Shown in pieces: positions 28,533-41,733 of a DNA stretch of 64,000 bases. The stretch is from assembly GCF_009914755.1 (NCBI RefSeq), contig NC_060928.1, one strand, 5' to 3'. Made by a program: the position numbers and the translations under genes. The stretch's first letter is position 1. Each line of letters opens with the position of its first letter. Origin of the DNA: the human T2T-CHM13v2.0 reference genome, Homo sapiens. The notes below the pieces were generated by a model. The model saw only the letters and a list, made by a program, of their open reading frames with translations, made no database searches and was not told where the DNA came from.

Positions 28533-28566
<34 letters not shown>
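28248..28566 (+). mobile_element. AluS SINE (Sg-like), CpG-rich, long A-tail
   Basis: Full dimer; A-run 28534-28566; agaagag on both flanks (probable TSD). Confidence 0.92.
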
Positions 28567-28568
<2 letters not shown>

Positions 28569-29248
28569 AAAGAAGAAGAGGAAGCAGCCGTGCCAAAAAA
28601 AAAAAAAAAAAAAAAAAAAAAGAAGAGGAAGCAGCCGTGCCGAGGCTAGGTACTGCCTAAAGAAGCGGGGGAACAAATTGGAAATGTGGGAATGCGAATG
28701 TGGGCAAGTTGAGGAACTTGTAGCTTCTCGTCGGTTGAATCTTTTCACTGAAGCTGCTTTATTATATCTGACATGTGAAACTACACAATTTCAAACAAAC
28801 CCATATTGAAGTCAACATACAAAAAAGCATTTAAAAAACAACCATTAGTAAAAATAATTTTTTCAGTTAACGCTATTCTTCCCTTGTATAGGTGTTGATA
28901 ATCATATAATCAAATAGCTTATTGCATATGGAGAGTTGTTTTCTTTGAGTTAATTCAACGTATTGCAACTTAGTTAGAATCCAGGAAAATAGTATTTTCA
29001 AATGTGTATTTGGAATCTTCAAAATACTAGGTTACAAATTACCTTAAGAGATATTTATGCAGCATAGAAGAACCAGCAGTTCTCAGAGGAAGATAAATAG
29101 TTAAAATATCATAATGCACTTTATATCAGTTGTAAAAAGAAAAATACAGGCTTAGATTTATGGTATTACCGTTAGAAAAACAATATGAGTATTTAAGAAA
29201 CATAGCAACCCTAGCCATTAAATAGGCATCAAATAACATTCTGAATTA

Positions 29249-29332
29249 AGTTATAAGATAAAACCAAGATTTGGATGACAATGACAATATTGTCCATCAT
29301 TGTTATCCAAATCCTGGTTTTATCTTATAACT
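29249..29332. repeat. 36-bp inverted repeat (34/36) with 12-nt loop
   Basis: agttataagataaaaccaagatttggatgacaatga ... tcattgttatccaaatcctggttttatcttataact. Confidence 0.9.
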
Positions 29333-29334
29333 GG

Positions 29335-29368
29335 TTTTAGGGGCAATTGTAGTGAATTGCCCCTAAAA
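29335..29368. repeat. Perfect 14-bp inverted repeat with 6-nt loop
   Basis: ttttaggggcaatt-gtagtg-aattgcccctaaaa. Confidence 0.9.
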
Positions 29369-32300
29369 GATGTTTGAAATTCGTTCCATACACTTTTCCT
29401 GAATCAACTTAAGTATTGATTTCACAAACAATAAGATGGTGTGCCGTAGCATGTCATCGCACTAGAAAGAAAAAAAGTACTCCACCAGTGGGAAATAATT
29501 TCAGCAGAGGAAAGTGATGAATATTGGATGTGTGTTTAGAAATCAGAGGTTGATAAAGTCTTAAGATTGCTATATGCACTATGAGGCTAATGTATTTTGA
29601 AAATTGCAAAACAATATTTTTTAAACAACAAAAATTTGGTGAGTAGCATACGCAGACTTCAAAAATAAATTGCGTAACTTCATATTTCAGTAATTAAAGA
29701 TTTAACAATAGTGATTTTGTGGCTAAACAAAATATACTGAACCCATTATGTATAAACCATGGATTCAGAGCTCCAGAAAATTATCTTAATGAGGCATATA
29801 AACTCTTTTTGTTTAATGTCCACACCAAATCATTATGGTCTGCCATTTCATGAAATAACAAGTTTTAAAATAAGTGATGTTTTTTAGTTTGTATATCTAT
29901 ATTCTTTTCTACCAGGTATAGCACAGTGTAGTACAAGGGCCTACAGTTACAAGCCTTGGGAAAGATACTGTTTTGGCCACATATTTCAGCTATGTGACCC
30001 TGGAAAGAGGGTCTCAGAGGGCCACTGTGGCCCTCAGTGTCTTTTCATTGGTAAATTGGGGCAACATCTTTTGTATAATGAAAGCTGAAAAAAATAACGA
30101 TTTTCCTTTTATTCTCCCTTCCTTTCATTTAGGCTGTAGTTTTCACTTTTTAACTACAAAGCAATTTATCTCTTGATAACACTTCTAGTGTATTGTCCCT
30201 AAAGTACTTTTGAAAGTAGTTCTGTACACTTTTCCTGAGTAATAAAAACATCACATATTTGCTAACTTGAAAGAATCCCGAGTCAGGAGATGGCCTGGAT
30301 TCTCTCTGACCCTTCAACTAAAGTCTTTGACCAAAGGAGCACAGGTGACCCCTTTCTGCTTCATTTTCTGACCTGTAGAGTATTGGACTCAATGACCGAT
30401 CCTCCCTTGTAGCTCCAAAATTCTGGGCTAAACTCCATGCACCTCCCTTCTGAGTTAAAAATAGTAGACAGGCCTGCATTATCAACATTTGTAGAAAAAT
30501 ATGAAATGCTTAGAGTCACTTTGTAATTGAGTCTAAGATTTGAATGCATAGAGTTCAAATGCAATACTTGTGTTGATAACACAACAAAGACATGTAAGTT
30601 TTTATGTACCTTTATGTTCTATGCATTAGTCCTTCATTCCTTGGCATGAGGAGAAGTGATGGTTTCTCAGTGACCTTCCAGAACTCTAAGGCTGTGTTTC
30701 TCACACCAGGCCTCAGGGTTTCTACATTTTGAACAAATTTCCAGTATTGTACCCATGCACACCTGAGTCTAAGAACTCTGCTGTAAGGTGACATTAAACA
30801 GCACCTGAAGTTATATTTGAGATGATTACTCAGTAATCAATGTACAGTTGATTTTCATAGTGTGGATTCAAGCACGGAATAGAGCACAGTTTTAATTAAA
30901 TCTGTATTTCTCAGTTGAAACTTTATTTTAGCATTACATGACTTCTATTTCATGAATCATAAATGTCATGTTTCTTCACAAACTGTAGTTCTGAATTTAA
31001 CTCATTCACCATTTTGTCGTCAAAAAGAAGAGTTGATGTTGTTGAAAGATCTAAACAGCTTTGCAGCTGATGTTCTAAAGAAATAAAATATACCACTGAA
31101 CCCAGATCAAGCCTTTGCACTAAATTAATGTGAGTTTGAATTTCTGAGTTTCAGTAGTAATATTTTCTATCTTTGGCAATCATTTTTGGACTGACGCTCA
31201 TTACGTTTTATTCTCTTTGGGCTTTATTCCATGGATTTGTAAAGGACACCAGTTCGCTTTATTTCTGGAAGATGTAACACAAATTAAGTAATGTGCCTTT
31301 GATTCCAATGTAACTGTTACACCTTAACTAAAACTGTCATGAGCAACATCATTTTTAAAAGCATTTCTTTGACGTGCAAATATATGACAGAAACCATTGT
31401 AAATAGGACTTTTTGAAAACAATACTTTGCTAAAAGGGGTGTTTTATGAAGGATATTATGTTCTGAAGACCTAAAGGTAGGTTCTGTTTATGTAATAAAA
31501 GTGTATGAACCTATATAATTTCATGGCTTATTGGCTTATAGGGCCTTTTATTCATGATCAGATATAAAATTTATTTTGTGCTGTACTTTAAATTTCTGGA
31601 AAATTTCAAAATACTGATGAAAGGGGCCCTGGTAATGACTCAGCAGACTTTCCATTCCAGATTTATCTCTAAGAAAAAAGAAGTGTTTCTCATTATCACG
31701 ATGAAAATAAATAGAGGTTGTTTCAAACCGTATTAATCATTTAGTCGGTTAATTAACAAGAATCCTTTTGCAGAATAAATTCAGACCTTCTAGTAAATGT
31801 GTTGATAACTGTCAAAAATCCTTTTTTATAATTCTAGCTAGCAAAGGCTTTCATTTTGGAATTCAGGAAGCAGGGGAGATTTTATTTATCACCCAGTTCC
31901 TGTTGCTAGTCCTTTTGAATTTTGCCTTTCAGAGTTTTTTTTTTTTTTTCTTTTTGTTATTCCCCAGTGGCAAGTTATTTATTGCTTCGTTTGGCCACTC
32001 ATCAAATAGTAGTTGGTAATCAGAAGATTTTACGTGATATTCAGGATAATTTTTTGCTTTTTTCTAGTGTTTCTAGTTGAACTATGATGGATTAAGGTAA
32101 CTGAGTAATTTTTCTCTTGACATCGATGCCCTTTAAGCTCTTTTGGGCTGTGATCCTGCTCTTGTAATTAGCTTTCATCCTGTTCATTAATCAGTGTTTC
32201 CATTCTGACAGTTTTTCCTTTTCTTTCTCCTCTTGTTTCTGAGATATTAAAAAGCGAAAGCAGTCTCTTACAAGGATCTATTGTTTGTTATCTTTTAGGC

Positions 32301-33099
32301 AAACCCAAGTATTTATCTCTCTCTTTTGCGTTCATACCAAAATTTATTGGAAATGCACGATAAATTTTCAGATTCTCAAAAATCTCAGGGTTTCTGCTTT
32401 CCAGGTTTTAGAAATTAGTTTATCTGATTTCAAGGCCTTAGATTTTCAAATTGCTCTTTTATATGCATCTATTCTATTCCGTTTTCTTTTCAGTTCTAAG
32501 CCTATGTTTATGTGTAAAATGCTTCTCTTGTTTCTGACATTTTCCAATTTAGTATCAATTTCTAATAATGAACCACTGTTACCTGCTTGTCTTCCATGTG
32601 GATGCTTAATAAATACTATAACTTAGGTATACAGTTTCATGGAGGAGAATAGAAGAATGTGGTTAATTTTTTGAAATAGCAATAAAAAGAAAACATGTTG
32701 TGGCTTTAGCAAGCATTATTTTCTTGTGACAATTTTATCCTCCTAATTATACATTGCCTAAGCTGGTACTAACGTTAATTCATGTTCTCCTAAGCATATG
32801 CCCACTCTTGACAGATATACACTGGGGTTACAAATTTGGCGTGTATAATTTACACATAAATATTCAATTGCTAAGAAAACTGAGACTAAATCACATGCTG
32901 GTCATTATCATCTTTTAAATTACACTCTGACCTTTCATCCATCTACTTAGCAGTGTAATAACACAATTGTCTTAATATAAATAATTCATTTCTAGTGCTG
33001 CAACCCATTTTTAAATACTCAATTTTAATATTTATTATAGTTCTGATATTTATTATCTGACATGTTTGGCTAGATATTCTTTTTCTGAACAGTACTTAG

Positions 33100-33181
33100 T
33101 TTCATGTAATTTGATTTTATTTTTACTAGCTGGATAAACACACAGTTTTACACAGTAAAAATAAAATCAAATTACATGAAA
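33100..33181. repeat. Perfect 28-bp inverted repeat with 26-nt loop
   Basis: tttcatgtaatttgattttatttttact ... agtaaaaataaaatcaaattacatgaaa. Confidence 0.9.
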
Positions 33182-35819
33182 TTAAATTAATGTAATTAAT
33201 TAATGTAATTAATGTAATGTAATTAATGCATCCAACAAAAATCAGTCTTGTATTAAGTAATTAAAGGTCCAAAAATCAGTTGGTTCCATTGACTTTGGGC
33301 AATGCAATGTCCACTCCAAATCTGTCGTTTGTTTCGCTCTGATATTTTAATAGTGTTGCACAGAGGATGCCTCATTGGTGGGATTAGCCTTCTTCACTGG
33401 TGTTTTATGGACAGTACAACTGGCTTCTCCCTTGAAAGCAAATAATTTTCTTTAATTAGGAGTATTTTTTAAAAATAGCTTATCAGCAAAGGTTTTTCTT
33501 CTGAGTGTGTGTTTTTTTAAGCTAAATCTTTTAGAAAGGCAGCAACCGTTAATCCTTCAGGGACATATATAAACACACAGGTGGATTCGCCCATGCGAAC
33601 ATTTGTTTTTAACTAATGGATGGTTTTCTCAAAACAGTCTGTTCTTTTGCCTGTGTGCCAAAGTGGGTGAAATATTTGTTTGGGACTAGACCATAAAAAC
33701 TAATCTTGAATGATGGCAGTAGGCTATAAAAGTTCATCACATAGAGAGTAGCAGAATGTAATGGAGAAAGCTATCAACTTGGAATCAGGAGGCTTGCCAC
33801 TTACTAGTTGTGGAACGTGGATGTGCTCTGGGCCATCATTACCTAATTCATGTAGCAGAAGGTGGGTTAGATTGTCTCAAAGTCTCAGCTGTAGAGTTAT
33901 GTGATTTTTTAGGTGCCTCTTGGGTTATTTAAGGCTAGCATTAAATGCTGACATTCATTTGTAATATTTTCCTTCTGGTGAGCTCAGGTACCCTGTTGTA
34001 AATGATAATGTTTATCTGAAATTGCTTACCTTCAATCAGCAGTCTTTAGTATTTCTTATTCAGCATACATTTGTTGACCAGATTTTATGTGTCCGGTACT
34101 GGTACAAAGCCTTAGAGTAACAAAGGTAAATAAGATGAATTTCCCACCCACGAGTAATTACATTGCTATACACTAAGTACCACAATGGAAGACCGAATGA
34201 AGTGCCATGGTAGTTCAGAGGAGAGATTAATTCTGCTTTGGGATGACCAGGTCAGCTTAGAAGGAAATGGCATTTGGATGGATCTGGAAAGATGTGTTTG
34301 CCAGATGGAAAACTGGGCTGAGGACGGCAACTGAAGGGCCTGACGGGTGGGTGCTGGGGCACGGGCAGAATGAGAGAGGTAGGAAGATGCGTGGTGTTTG
34401 AGTAGAACTTCAAGATAGAGTTTCTGTTTCCAAGGCTAAATAGTAGGCCATAAGTGGGGGTGGGATAGGGCATTTTGACTTGAGGAGAGTGGGGAAGAAT
34501 GGCCTGGAAGTGAAATGAGGAATTAGGGCATTAATAGGTTGCCAACACTTCCGCTCGGCCATCTCCACATGTTGAAGAGTAATTCCGTTTTTTTTGTTTG
34601 TTTGTATTTTTAATCTGGTATATATTGTGATCTGCTTGCATTTCTACAAAATTTTCACAAGAACAGTTGGAATAATAATCTGTTTATTGAACATTTACTA
34701 TGCATTAAGTCTTATTCTCAATGTCCAAGTCCAGTATCTAGTTAAGACATTTTACCATCTTTTTTTTTTTCTGAAAAGTTGTTTCAGCATAACATTTGTA
34801 GAACAAACTTTTTTTTTTAATTTGTTTTGTTTGGCTATAAGACAATAAATCATTAAGGATTAACATTTTTTGACAGCAACTCACAGAATTTTAATGATAG
34901 GCAATGTATTCTTCACATATAAAATATCATATTTAGCCTCAAAACCTCAAATCAAATTATTTCCATCTTTTGAAAGGATGAAATGGGATGTTGATGGCTT
35001 GGAAGCAGTCTTTTGTAAACTTTAAAGTTCTAGATTATTGTGAGTTAAGTATAAATATCAGGAAGAAGACATTATGTATTCAGTTTTGTGTCTGAGTCTC
35101 AGCCTAATCCCCCATAGTTATGGAGTAGGGTAAGAACTGTATGTCAATTTGGAATCAGACTCTCTGTTTTGAGCCATTTAATTTAGACACATTATTTTAA
35201 TGTAAGCGCTTTTGCTTTTTCTTTGGCAGTCGGTGTGCAATTTTAATTAGCACTTGGAACCCAGTAGAATACATTGATGAGCACAAGACATGAAGAAATA
35301 CGTTCATAATGGCCTGCCCGAGGTCTCTGGCAGCATCCAAGAAAGATGCTTTCAGTATAATGCTCAATGCTTCTGAGAAATCATCCTAGCTGATGATTTA
35401 TACTCTTATACATTTAATCACTTTAGAGTTTCAAAATGTTGGCATTAGCAGCTTTGTCATCTATGCTACACTCAGAAGGAATATTAATTTCCTAAGCTTA
35501 TTCTGATGCAGTAACTGATGTATAAGAAAACAACTTATTTTCTACATCTGCCCAGGACTCTCTTCCCAACTTTGCCAATCAAGCTCTTCCACCTCTTTTA
35601 AGCCCCAGCTCTAATATTCCACCTCACAGTCTTTTAACCTCCCATTCCCCCATGGCCATTCTTTTCAGTATACACCCATGGTTCATGCATCTACAACTGC
35701 ACACCACACTGCGTTGTAACTGTTTTTTAATGCATTACTCCCCCTGTCAGCTCTCGATCCCATATTTGTAGGAACTGTGTCCCCATATCTGTATTTTGGT
35801 TGCATCCAGTTGAAAGACA

Positions 35820-35985
35820 GGGCATGGTAGAATAGAAATAACATGCACCTTATAAACTGATGCAGGTTAAATCCAAACTGCTCCTTACTTGCTGTGGGGA
35901 CTGGGGCAAGTTACTTCTTTGAGCTTCTTTAAAACAACAATAGTAATACCTGCTATGCAGGATTGTTGTGAAGATTAAATAAGCT
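35820..35985 (+). mobile_element. MIR
   Basis: cttacttgctgtggggactggggcaagttactt...taatacctgctatgcaggattgttgtgaagattaaataag. Confidence 0.7.
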
Positions 35986-36810
35986 GCATTCATTAGTTCA
36001 ACAAATATATGGAGACGTCCTATTACATGTCAGTAATTGCAAGTGTAACTGTACTTGCTATTAAGAATATAAAGGTGAATAAGTCATGACTTTATCCTAA
36101 GAACTTTATAATGTGGTAGTAGAGAAAGACTAGGAAATAGACAGTTGCAACATAATTCTTAAAGGATGAGTAAGGATTCACTAGCACAGGAGTTATCAGG
36201 TTTAGGTTGAAAGCAGCAGGATCTGAGGTAGAAGGAGAACTGTGTGCAATGCCTTTAAGCCAGGGAGAGGATGGGAAGTCTAAGGCACAGAGGGAGGTGT
36301 AATGTAGCTGTGATGTGATGGTGGGGTTAGGCTGCAAATACAAATATTACAAGGGGCCTTGCAAGCTAGGCACAGGGCAGAGGGAATGTGTGAAGAGTAG
36401 ATGATTAGATTTGCACTTCAGGAAGATCTCTTTCCTTGCTGGCATGTGGAATAGTTTGGGGGAGTCAAGAGAATCACTATGACCAGTGAAGAGACTGTAG
36501 CCCAGAAGTGTTAATGGCCTTAACAGCAGGAGTTACAGTGGAAATGGGGTGGAGAGAATGCATTGAGAGATAATTAGGTGCCAGAAAAGGCAGCAAGTGA
36601 TATGGTGTACAGGTGGGGGAAAAGTGCGTAAGGAAGAGAGAGGAGATTTCGGGGAAAATGTACAGAATTTTGACTTGAGGATGACGGTGCTATTCTCAGA
36701 GATAGGAAATGCAAGAGAAGCAGTTTAGGGTATAGGTAGGGAATGGAAAGTGAGTCCAGTGTGGAAATTGTGGAATTTGAAGTACCCAGAGGGAGCGCAG
36801 GACATTTTGA
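35986..36810 (-). mobile_element. L2 LINE relic (continues ~37480-38050)
   Basis: Antisense L2 3' end cattcattagttcaacaaatat followed by purine-rich L2-like body. Confidence 0.55.
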
Positions 36811-39800
36811 CATCATTTTGAGCTCTTGTATGTTTTGACCCTGCTGTTTTTTTTGTTCTTGAATATAAACATTGCCGTCAAGATGATATCAACACTGATG
36901 AATTTTGTGGTAAAGATTTATTCCAGGGTTAACTTCGTTAAGCTAGTTTAATTTATTGACCTATTTCCTATATTGCAAATTTAATCTTTTCCAATTTGTT
37001 CCCTCCTGTATTGTTTTACTAGCACTGTTTCCATCAGGACAAAATCTTTCTTGTGTACATTTTACAATGAATACTTGATTTATCAACCTCTTTATCATCA
37101 TCTTTTTCAAATTTTTACAGATACAACTTTTCCATGATAAATGTCGTTTTAGCTCTACTATTTTTACCATGTCAAATTTTGGACAACTACTCTTTTTGAT
37201 TTTTCATTAATTTGTGAGCAATAATAACTTTTTACCATTTTCTGTTTTTGCTATTTTCAGTTGTATTTTACCTTTTTTTTTGTAACCAGCGAAATAGTTT
37301 CATGAGACAATTTTTTCAACTTTAAAAATTACCAATGATCTGTGATTCTCAAGTCAGCTTTTCATCTATAACAAATTTTGCTGTGTATCATTTTGGCCCT
37401 TGTCGGTTTCATTTTGGTCCTTAAAACCAAAACTGCCTCAGAATCTAAATGGCATTCTTCTGCCTATGGAAGAGCCAAGGATAGAAGTCCAGAACATAGG
37501 TACATGTATATAGGTATGGCGATTTGAAGAGAAGTCTAGGATGAAATGTAGATTTGTAAGCATTTGCATCTGGGTATGGGGGCAAGAGAGTGGATGACAT
37601 CTCACCAGAGGGTGTATAGCGTAAGAGAAGAGCACCCCAAAAAACTAGGAGAAAGAATCCAGGAAGGAGCGGTAGAAGGTAGGGAGAAACTCACAAGACG
37701 GCATTCTTGTGGAAGTCAAGTCAAGAAAGAGGAAGTGGTCAACAATGTTGGATGCTGCAAAGAGGATGCATACTGAAATGTGTGGATTTTGCAACAATAA
37801 CATCACCCTGTCGTCACTGAAGGCAACCTCATGAACGGAGAAAGATATGCAGCTGGGTATACAGAAGAGGAGCAAGAAGGAAGCGAAGATGTGGAGACAA
37901 TTACAAGGACAACACTGGGCTGCAAGAAGAAAAATTTGCTTATTGATTGGCTGGTTTGTTTCCTTTTAGTACGGAGAGACTTAAGCATGGTTAGGTGCCG
38001 ATGGGTTAGAGAGGAGAGGATGAATGTACAGGAGAGTTGGAACAGGATCCCCAAGAAGAAAATTAAGATCCCAGTCCTTTCCAGGGGTAGAATTTAGCAT
38101 TGCTGCCTAAATCTCCATATCTAATGATTCCTCTGCAGCCGTGCCCAAGACAGAACCATCCTCAATCTGGCCCATCCATTTGGGCTTTTACTTTGGGTTC
38201 CCCATTAAACCCCTAATTCCTTCCTGGGCCCAGAACTTTCTCCAGAGCTGCTATCACTTGCTTTCATATCTCAGTCAAGGGGATCTTACTGCCCTTAACC
38301 CCACAGTACTATCACTTGCCGTGACGCTTGAATATTACTGCTTTTGAGAAAGTCTTGCTACCACGTGTTGGCCACAACATCAGATAAGCTTTGATACTCT
38401 TGCTCTCCAGCTGTGAGCTGGGTCTTACCTCATCTACCTCATCTACTAGATCTACCACTCACAGGTCAGATGAAACAAAACACTGTGTTGTGACCCTGAC
38501 CATTCTCTGTTCCTCCCATTTGTCCTGAGACTGAACAAATTACAGCAAAACTTGGGTTGCCTTATGAATAATGGGGCGGTGGCCAATGCACACATCCTTA
38601 TCTTCATCCACGGAGGGCTCATCTAACCACCCCTGGTGTCTTCACTGCAGGTTTATTGGGCACTTCCTAGCACCAGGCACTGCAATAAGAAATGGAGGTT
38701 AAACCATGAAGAAACATGGCTCTAGCCCTTAGGGAGCTCCCGGTCCTGCAGGTAAGTTAATCCTTGTTGCGATACTGTGTACTAGATGGGCAAAGTGAAG
38801 AACCAGTTTAGCCTAGGTAAGGAGAAACTGGTAGATTACCCTAATTTTTTTTTTGGTAGAATCTAAACAATCTCATGAGTTCAGTTGAACATGTGAAATA
38901 CACTCTTCTTTTCCTCACATAATTGTTTCCCCTGCCAGTCTACACAGCTCGCAAGGGTAAGTCTGTTTTATGAGTTGGATAGGTTCCGGGACTGCGATTT
39001 ATCTTAAAGAAAACTCATTTGCTTATGTAGCAGCCAAGATCAGCTACTAAATTTCCAGGACATTGAAAAAAGTGCATTCTCTTCAAATCCCTTTATATTT
39101 TTACCTAGCATCCCCTTGCACCCTGACCCCGTTCTGAACTTTTTGTTTGTTTGTTGATTGGTTGGTTGGTTTTGCCTTCAGGACAAAGTGCAGGACAATT
39201 TTGTGTCTGTTCTTGAGTCAAGTATATTTGTTTGATCTCTGTGGAACTTAGTTCTGAGCATATGAATGAAATAAAGGTGAACTGAGAGGTCATAATCTGT
39301 ATCTTTCTCTGAGAAGTTCTCTAAGGCTCTGCCTTTGCTTGTTTTGCTGTTTCTTGATTCCTTGGCTGTGCCGCTGTCTCTGGGTTCCAGCACTGACACC
39401 CCATGTGGGTAGGGTCCTGTGGAGGACAGCACGGGTCTGAGAGAGAGAAAGCCTGGGGAAAGCTGGAGATGCCCTGTTCTTGCTTTCCTGCACCAGGCCT
39501 CTATACCCCTTGAGGTCAAAGCATGTCTAATTACGTTGAGAACAAGTCAGAGATATTGGACATAAGTGTCTTCCTAAAAAATAAAATGTGCAGTAAATAC
39601 TACATTAAAATTATCCGTAAACCACTTTAATATTAACTTTGAACTCTGCATTATGGCAGGCTGTTGGGAAAATAAAATGTTCCCCAGCACTCTCTTTCTC
39701 TCTCTGACTTCGTGTCTACCAGTTCCTGATCTTGTCCTTTGCAAGGAATGGGTGGGACTCCACAGGTTCCTGACTGCATAGCTTTTTCAAATCCAGTGGG

Positions 39801-40696
39801 TCTTTCTCTGTTTCCCTCCAAGTTCCCTTGCTTGGATCACAGATGTGTGCAAGGCTGCCTATGATGCCCTCTGCATCGAGTGTTGCAGCCACTTGCCCAT
39901 TCCTGGCACAAGTCTTCCCCTCCCTGCAGGAATAGTGCTCAGGACCCCAGTGGCTGCTTTCTTCTTCTTTCTCCCCCACTTCCCTAGGGCAGGAAGTGAG
40001 AGGAGCAGTGAATGTTAGACAGAGGGGCTTTCATTTTGTATCCTCCACATCTGCTCCCTGAGGTAGTGAACACAGGTGCCTACTTGGTTAGACAGGAGAC
40101 AGAGGAGCATGGAGCGAAAGGATGAACACGTGTGGAGACAAAATTGCACAGCTTTGTATCTTAAAATAGTGCCCTGCCACACAAACAAAAGATCCCCTAA
40201 ATTACTAGGACTGTTAGAAAAAATATACTTTTAACTTATTAAAAAAGCCAATATTAGCTAATGACAAAGATCTCTGGCAAGATTGAGAGAGAAGGCTTTT
40301 CAGACAGAGGCAGTGGTCTGGAGAAGCAGTGTCTTGTCTGTGCTGCTTCTCACTTCCTGTTCTATTGTCATGTTCTCTTGGCCACACTCTTCTTGACATT
40401 GTCTCCCCTTCTCTATCCAATCCTTGTCTTTTCCCTGCTACTGTTCTCCATTCCCATTTTACACTCATCCTCAGCAGGCCATCTAGAGGACTGAGTGGGC
40501 ACTAAGGTCCATAAACCATGGTTAGGCCTTGGTTTGACTTCTCCCTGTAGATTTGCTTTTGTAAAATATGTCCTCTGAATGTCTACATGAGATGGGTTTA
40601 TTCCTTTTTAAAATTTCACTTTTTGAATATATATAACACATAATTCCAAAGTCAACATTATTTAGTTATAGGCAACGTTGTATAGTTATACCCAGG

Positions 40697-41065
40697 TGAT
40701 ATGGTTTGGCTCCATGTCCCCACCCAAATCTCATCTTGTAGCTCCCATAATTCCCACATGTTGTGGAAGGGACCCAGTGGGAGATAATTGAATCATGGGT
40801 ATGGGTCTTTCCTATGCTGTTCTCATGATAGTGAGTGGATCTCACGAGATCTGATGGTTTTATAAAACGGGAATTTCTCTGCACAAGCTCTTTTTTTTGC
40901 CTGCCACCATCCACGTAAGATGTGACTTGCTCCTCTTTGCCTTCTGCCATGATTGTGAGGCCTCCCCAGCCATGTGGAACTGTGAGTCCAATTAAATCTC
41001 TTTCTTTTGTAAAGAGCCCAGTCTCGGGTATGTTTTTATCAGCAGCATGAAAACGGACGAATACG
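40697..41065 (+). mobile_element. THE1 (MaLR) solo LTR with 5-bp TSD
   Basis: tgatatggtttggct...ccccacccaaatctcatc...catgattgtgaggcctccccagcc...aaaacggacgaatacg; exact TSD ccagg at 40692-40696 and 41066-41070. Confidence 0.92.
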
Positions 41066-41149
41066 CCAGGATACTCTTACTTCAAGCCTCGAGCCCTGTA
41101 CCCTGTTGCCTCAGTTGGCTACAGGTAACTAATTTTTGTTTCTGGTTTA

Positions 41150-41190
41150 TTCTTCCAGTATTTCTTTTTGCAAATATAAGCATATATATT

Positions 41191-41242
<52 letters not shown>

Positions 41243-41454
41243 TGATTACATTATATTATATATATGCTTTGATATAGTAACTTTGGTTAATATTAAGTAT
41301 AAGCATATATATGCTTATATTAACATATATTAACTTGGATTAATATATATGCTTATATTTGCAAAAATATGTATGCTTATATTTGCAAAAGTATGTTTGC
41401 TTATATTTGCAAAAATATGTATGCTTATATTCACAAAAAGAAATACTGGAAGAA
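41150..41454. repeat. AT-rich fold-back: 35-bp inverted arms around (TA)n and a 24-bp tandem repeat
   Basis: Arms 41150-41184 / 41420-41454 (33/35); (TA)n ~41185-41238; unit tatgcttatatttgcaaaaatatg repeated ~3.5x. Confidence 0.85.
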
Positions 41455-41733
41455 TTGCATATGCATATATATAAAAGTGGTATACTACTTACCTTGATTT
41501 GCACCTTGATTTTTGCACTAACAATTTCTCTTGGAGATCACTCCATATTAGTACATGAGGCTTTTTCTTATTTTTCTTCTTCAAAGCTGAATATACAGCA
41601 TTTTGGGGACATATCATAGTTTATAGATCCCCTATCAGTAGATATTTGGATTGTTTTCAATCTTCTACTATTATAAATAATGACACAATGAATAGTCTTT
41701 TGCATCTATCAATGATACAAGTTTACTGGCACT

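Noticed and set aside
28260-28809. Poly-Lys/poly-Phe ORFs and other Alu-derived ORFs throughout the window
   Set aside because: Translations of Alu bodies and A-tails
41359-41619. ORF with (QKYVCLYL)n repeats; possible CRISPR-like array
   Set aside because: Head-to-tail 24-bp AT-rich tandem repeat with no unique spacers and no cas genes; eukaryotic DNA
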